From the NCBI GenBank assembly GCA_964618105.1, contig CAZUAJ010000004.1, positions 1 through 54,763 on the forward strand: DNA of 54,763 bases, in the 5' to 3' direction. Both the position numbers and the translations under genes were made by a program. The stretch is from an uncultured Clostridium sp. (lineage in GTDB: Bacteria > Bacillota > Clostridia > TANB77 > CAG-508). Shown one piece after another: positions 52,055-54,763 of the stretch; position 1 is the stretch's first letter; each line of letters begins with the position of its first letter. The notes beneath the pieces are model-generated. The model was not told the origin of the DNA and searched no databases. It saw only the letters and a list, made by a program, of their open reading frames with translations.

Positions 52055-53593
52055 TTAATTTTTCCAGTACTTTTTATCTAAGCTACGATATTGTATTGCT
52101 TCTGCTATGTGTGATTTCTGTATATTTTCGGATTGCTCTAGGTCAGCTATTGTTCTTGCTACTTTTAATATTCTGCCATAAGCTCTAGCACTTAGTCCCA
52201 TTTTTTCAAATGCTGTTTGTAATATTTTTTTACTTTCAATGTCTAATTTACAATATTTGTTTATTAATTTTGGAGTTAAACTTGAATTTGAATAAATATT
52301 TTCTTGTTTATATCTTTCTATTTGTATTTTTCTTGCTTTATTAACTCTTTTCTTTATTTCTTCTGAGCTTTCTGGAGTTTCGTCATCTCCTAATTTTTCA
52401 TATTTTACGGGGCTTACTTCTATTTGTATGTCAATTCTGTCTAATAATGGTCCACTTATTTTTCCCATATATTTTGATATTGCTTGTGTTGTGCATGTAC
52501 ATTCTTTTTCTGTTGAACCATAGTATCCACAGGGGCATGGGTTCATTGATGCTACAAACATAAATTCACAAGGATATGTAAAGCTTCCGTTTATTCTACT
52601 AATTGTTACATTTCCATCTTCTAAAGGGCCTCTTAATACTTCTAATGAGTGTTGATTAAATTCAGGTAGTTCATCTAAAAATAGTACTCCATAATGTGCT
52701 AAACTTATTTCTCCTGGTTTTGGTATTCTACCACCACCTACTAGTGATACACCAGATATTGTATGATGTGGTGAACGAAATGGTCTTGTTGTAATTATTG
52801 GAGTATCTGGTTTTAATGTTCCTGCTATACTATGGATTTTAGTAATTTCTAATGCTTCTTCAAATGTTAAATCTGGTAATATTGATGGTATTCTTTTTGC
52901 TATCATTGTTTTTCCGCGAACCTGGAGCACCGAATACATAAACAGTTGTGTCCGACCCGCAGCTGCTATTTCAACTGCCCTTTTTACACTTTCTTGACCT
53001 TTTACTTCTGAATAATCTAATTTATTTTCTTTACTTAATTTTAAACATTCTTCCCAACTTGTAGTTATATTTGCTATTTTTATTTCTTCATTTAAGTATT
53101 GTACTACTTCATTTAAATTGCTTGCACCTAATACTTCTATTCCATCAATAACTGATGCTTCTTTTGCATTTTCTTTTGGCAAAATAATTTTCTTTATTCC
53201 TTGTTTTTTAGCTTCTATACAAATTGGTAAAGCTCCATTTATTGGATTTAAGTTACCATTTAACGATAATTCCCCTATCATTAATATATTTTCAACTTCT
53301 TTACCATATATAGCTTCAAGTCCTTTTAGAATTCCAATTGCAATTGGCAAATCAAATATTGAACCTTCTTTTTTTATATCTGCTGGAGCCAAATTTACAA
53401 CTATTTTTCTACTAAAAAGTTCGTAGCCAGAATTTTTTATTGCGGTTCTTACTCGTTCTTTTGCCTCTTTTACACTTGCATCTGGTAGTCCAACTATGTC
53501 CCATGATGGCATTCCACTTGATATATCAACCTGCACGTCAATTAAAAAGCCTTCTAGTCCGTGCAAGGCCATACTTTTTGTAATTGATAACAT
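52055..53593 (-). CDS. comM: YifB/ComM Mg-chelatase-like AAA+ ATPase; Walker A needs three +1 shifts at CGG
   Basis: IVGLPD, FRSPHH, GEISLAHYGVLFLDE, NPCPCG; extra C at 52954, 52932 and 52916. Confidence 0.9.
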   Translation of the reverse strand: MLSITKSMALHGLEGFLIDVQVDISSGMPSWDIVGLPDASVKEAKERVRTAIKNSGYELFSRKIVVNLAPADIKKEGSIFDLPIAIGILKGLEAIYGKEVENILMIGELSLNGNLNPINGALPICIEAKKQGIKKIILPKENAKEASVIDGIEVLGASNLNEVVQYLNEEIKIANITTSWEECLKLSKENKLDYSEVKGQESVKRAVEIAAAGRTQLFMYSVLQVRGKTMIAKRIPSILPDLTFEEALEITKIHSIAGTLKPDTPIITTRPFRSPHHTISGVSLVGGGRIPKPGEISLAHYGVLFLDELPEFNQHSLEVLRGPLEDGNVTISRINGSFTYPCEFMFVASMNPCPCGYYGSTEKECTCTTQAISKYMGKISGPLLDRIDIQIEVSPVKYEKLGDDETPESSEEIKKRVNKARKIQIERYKQENIYSNSSLTPKLINKYCKLDIESKKILQTAFEKMGLSARAYGRILKVARTIADLEQSENIQKSHIAEAIQYRSLDKKYWKN

Positions 53594-53841
53594 TTTTTGA
53601 ATTCTCCTTTAGAATAAAAATTCTTGAAATAATTTTTTTGAATTAAAATTTACATATTGAAATTATATTATGTTTTTACATTTTTTTCAAGTAGTTTTAC
53701 CATTTTTTTGAAATAAAATTATTTTACTAGCTAATTATATTTGGAATTTTATGTATTAAATTTTTTTGACACATAACAAAAAATTTTTAATGTTAAACTA
53801 ACATTTTAAAAATTTTTTATTATGTGTCTGATTTTTATTAT

Positions 53842-54630
53842 TTACATTTCTCTTAGTTTTACTACTAATCTTTGTTTCCCACCATTTGTACACGTAATAA
53901 GTGTAAGTTCTCTTTTTCCCATATTTATTGCTGTTTTTTGACTAGTACATCTTGTATCTGTTGGTTCTACAACATATTTATCATATACTTGATATGTAAT
54001 GGTTCTTCCAGATAAATCTGTAAGTTCTGCAGTATCTCCATTTTTTAATTTATGTAATTTTCCAAACATTTTACCATTTTCATAATAGTGCCCCACTATA
54101 CAATAGTTTCCAATTTCATTTGGCATTAAATCTTTTGGATGATATTTATTAATTGATACATATAATAATTCTGGAGATGTTGTTGAAAGTACTGGGTATT
54201 CAATATTTATTTTTGAAATTTTTAAAACTGCTTCTGTTGTATATTCAACTCCATCCTTTGATTTATATGTTTTTGTATCTACTTTTGGTGGCTCATTTTG
54301 TGGTATTTGTGGGCTTTCTTCAGTTTCTTCTTCATCTTCATCTACATTAAGTATAACAAGAATTCTTCCTGAATCTTCTTTTTTTACTGTATCATCTACT
54401 TGATATTTTATTTGTGCCAATATTTCTTGAGATACTTGCTCACTTTTATTTCTATCATATTCTGCATATATATAATATGAAAATAGGAGACATATTAAAA
54501 AAACAGATACAAAAAGTTCTATTTTATACATTAATTTTTTTCTTTTTATTTCAGGTGTAATATATAATTTTTGAGTTACTAAAATTTGGTTCACTTTTAA
54601 TATTTTCTCCTTTCCAAAATATATATTCAT
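53842..54630 (-). CDS. Sortase
   Basis: TM anchor, IVGH, TLITC and downstream Arg (catalytic H/C/R). Confidence 0.85.
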   Translation of the reverse strand: MNIYFGKEKILKVNQILVTQKLYITPEIKRKKLMYKIELFVSVFLICLLFSYYIYAEYDRNKSEQVSQEILAQIKYQVDDTVKKEDSGRILVILNVDEDEEETEESPQIPQNEPPKVDTKTYKSKDGVEYTTEAVLKISKINIEYPVLSTTSPELLYVSINKYHPKDLMPNEIGNYCIVGHYYENGKMFGKLHKLKNGDTAELTDLSGRTITYQVYDKYVVEPTDTRCTSQKTAINMGKRELTLITCTNGGKQRLVVKLREM

Positions 54631-54763
54631 GCATTTATATTATATCACATTATTTTTGTATAAACAATAATTTTATACGTATTTCAGTTTCTTGTGAAGT
54701 GAAAATTCAAATTCCAGTTTTAAAATACTCTTCCGGAAGTTAGTCTTACACAAAATTCCAGTT

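Noticed and set aside
39-54350. Numerous short plus-strand ORFs in the ORF track
   Set aside because: Mostly antisense shadows of real minus-strand genes, the rest AT-rich intergenic ORFs; Phe/Leu/Ser/Ile-rich with no motifs. Only the cwlD-like gene is credible on the plus strand.

Overview
Very AT-rich chromosomal segment from a spore-forming Clostridia-type bacterium; almost all genes are on the minus strand. From left to right: a C-terminally truncated cyclic beta-1,2-glucan synthase-like gene (GT84+GH94), cwlD-like amidase, REC-GGDEF protein, thioester-domain adhesin, tRNA-Cys and tRNA-Gly, D,D-carboxypeptidase, a conjugation/T4SS-like cluster (three VirB2-like pilins, PrgI, VirB4, VirB6-like, lysozyme+C39 hydrolase) with no relaxase, coupling protein or integrase, spo0E-like gene, two M16 peptidases, yqeY-rpsU, nrdDG, a NitT/TauT ABC transporter, GH25-LysM hydrolase, cysK, a complete type II-C CRISPR-Cas9 locus, yraN-dprA-comM and a sortase. 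The main observation is a repeated recoding signature. At six sites in three genes a single extra C sits exactly at a codon boundary before a Gly codon, giving an in-frame CGG followed by N. Skipping that C restores conserved protein motifs every time, including the ComM Walker A loop, and I found no in-frame CGG in any intact gene. This suggests CGG-N is decoded as Gly with a +1 shift.
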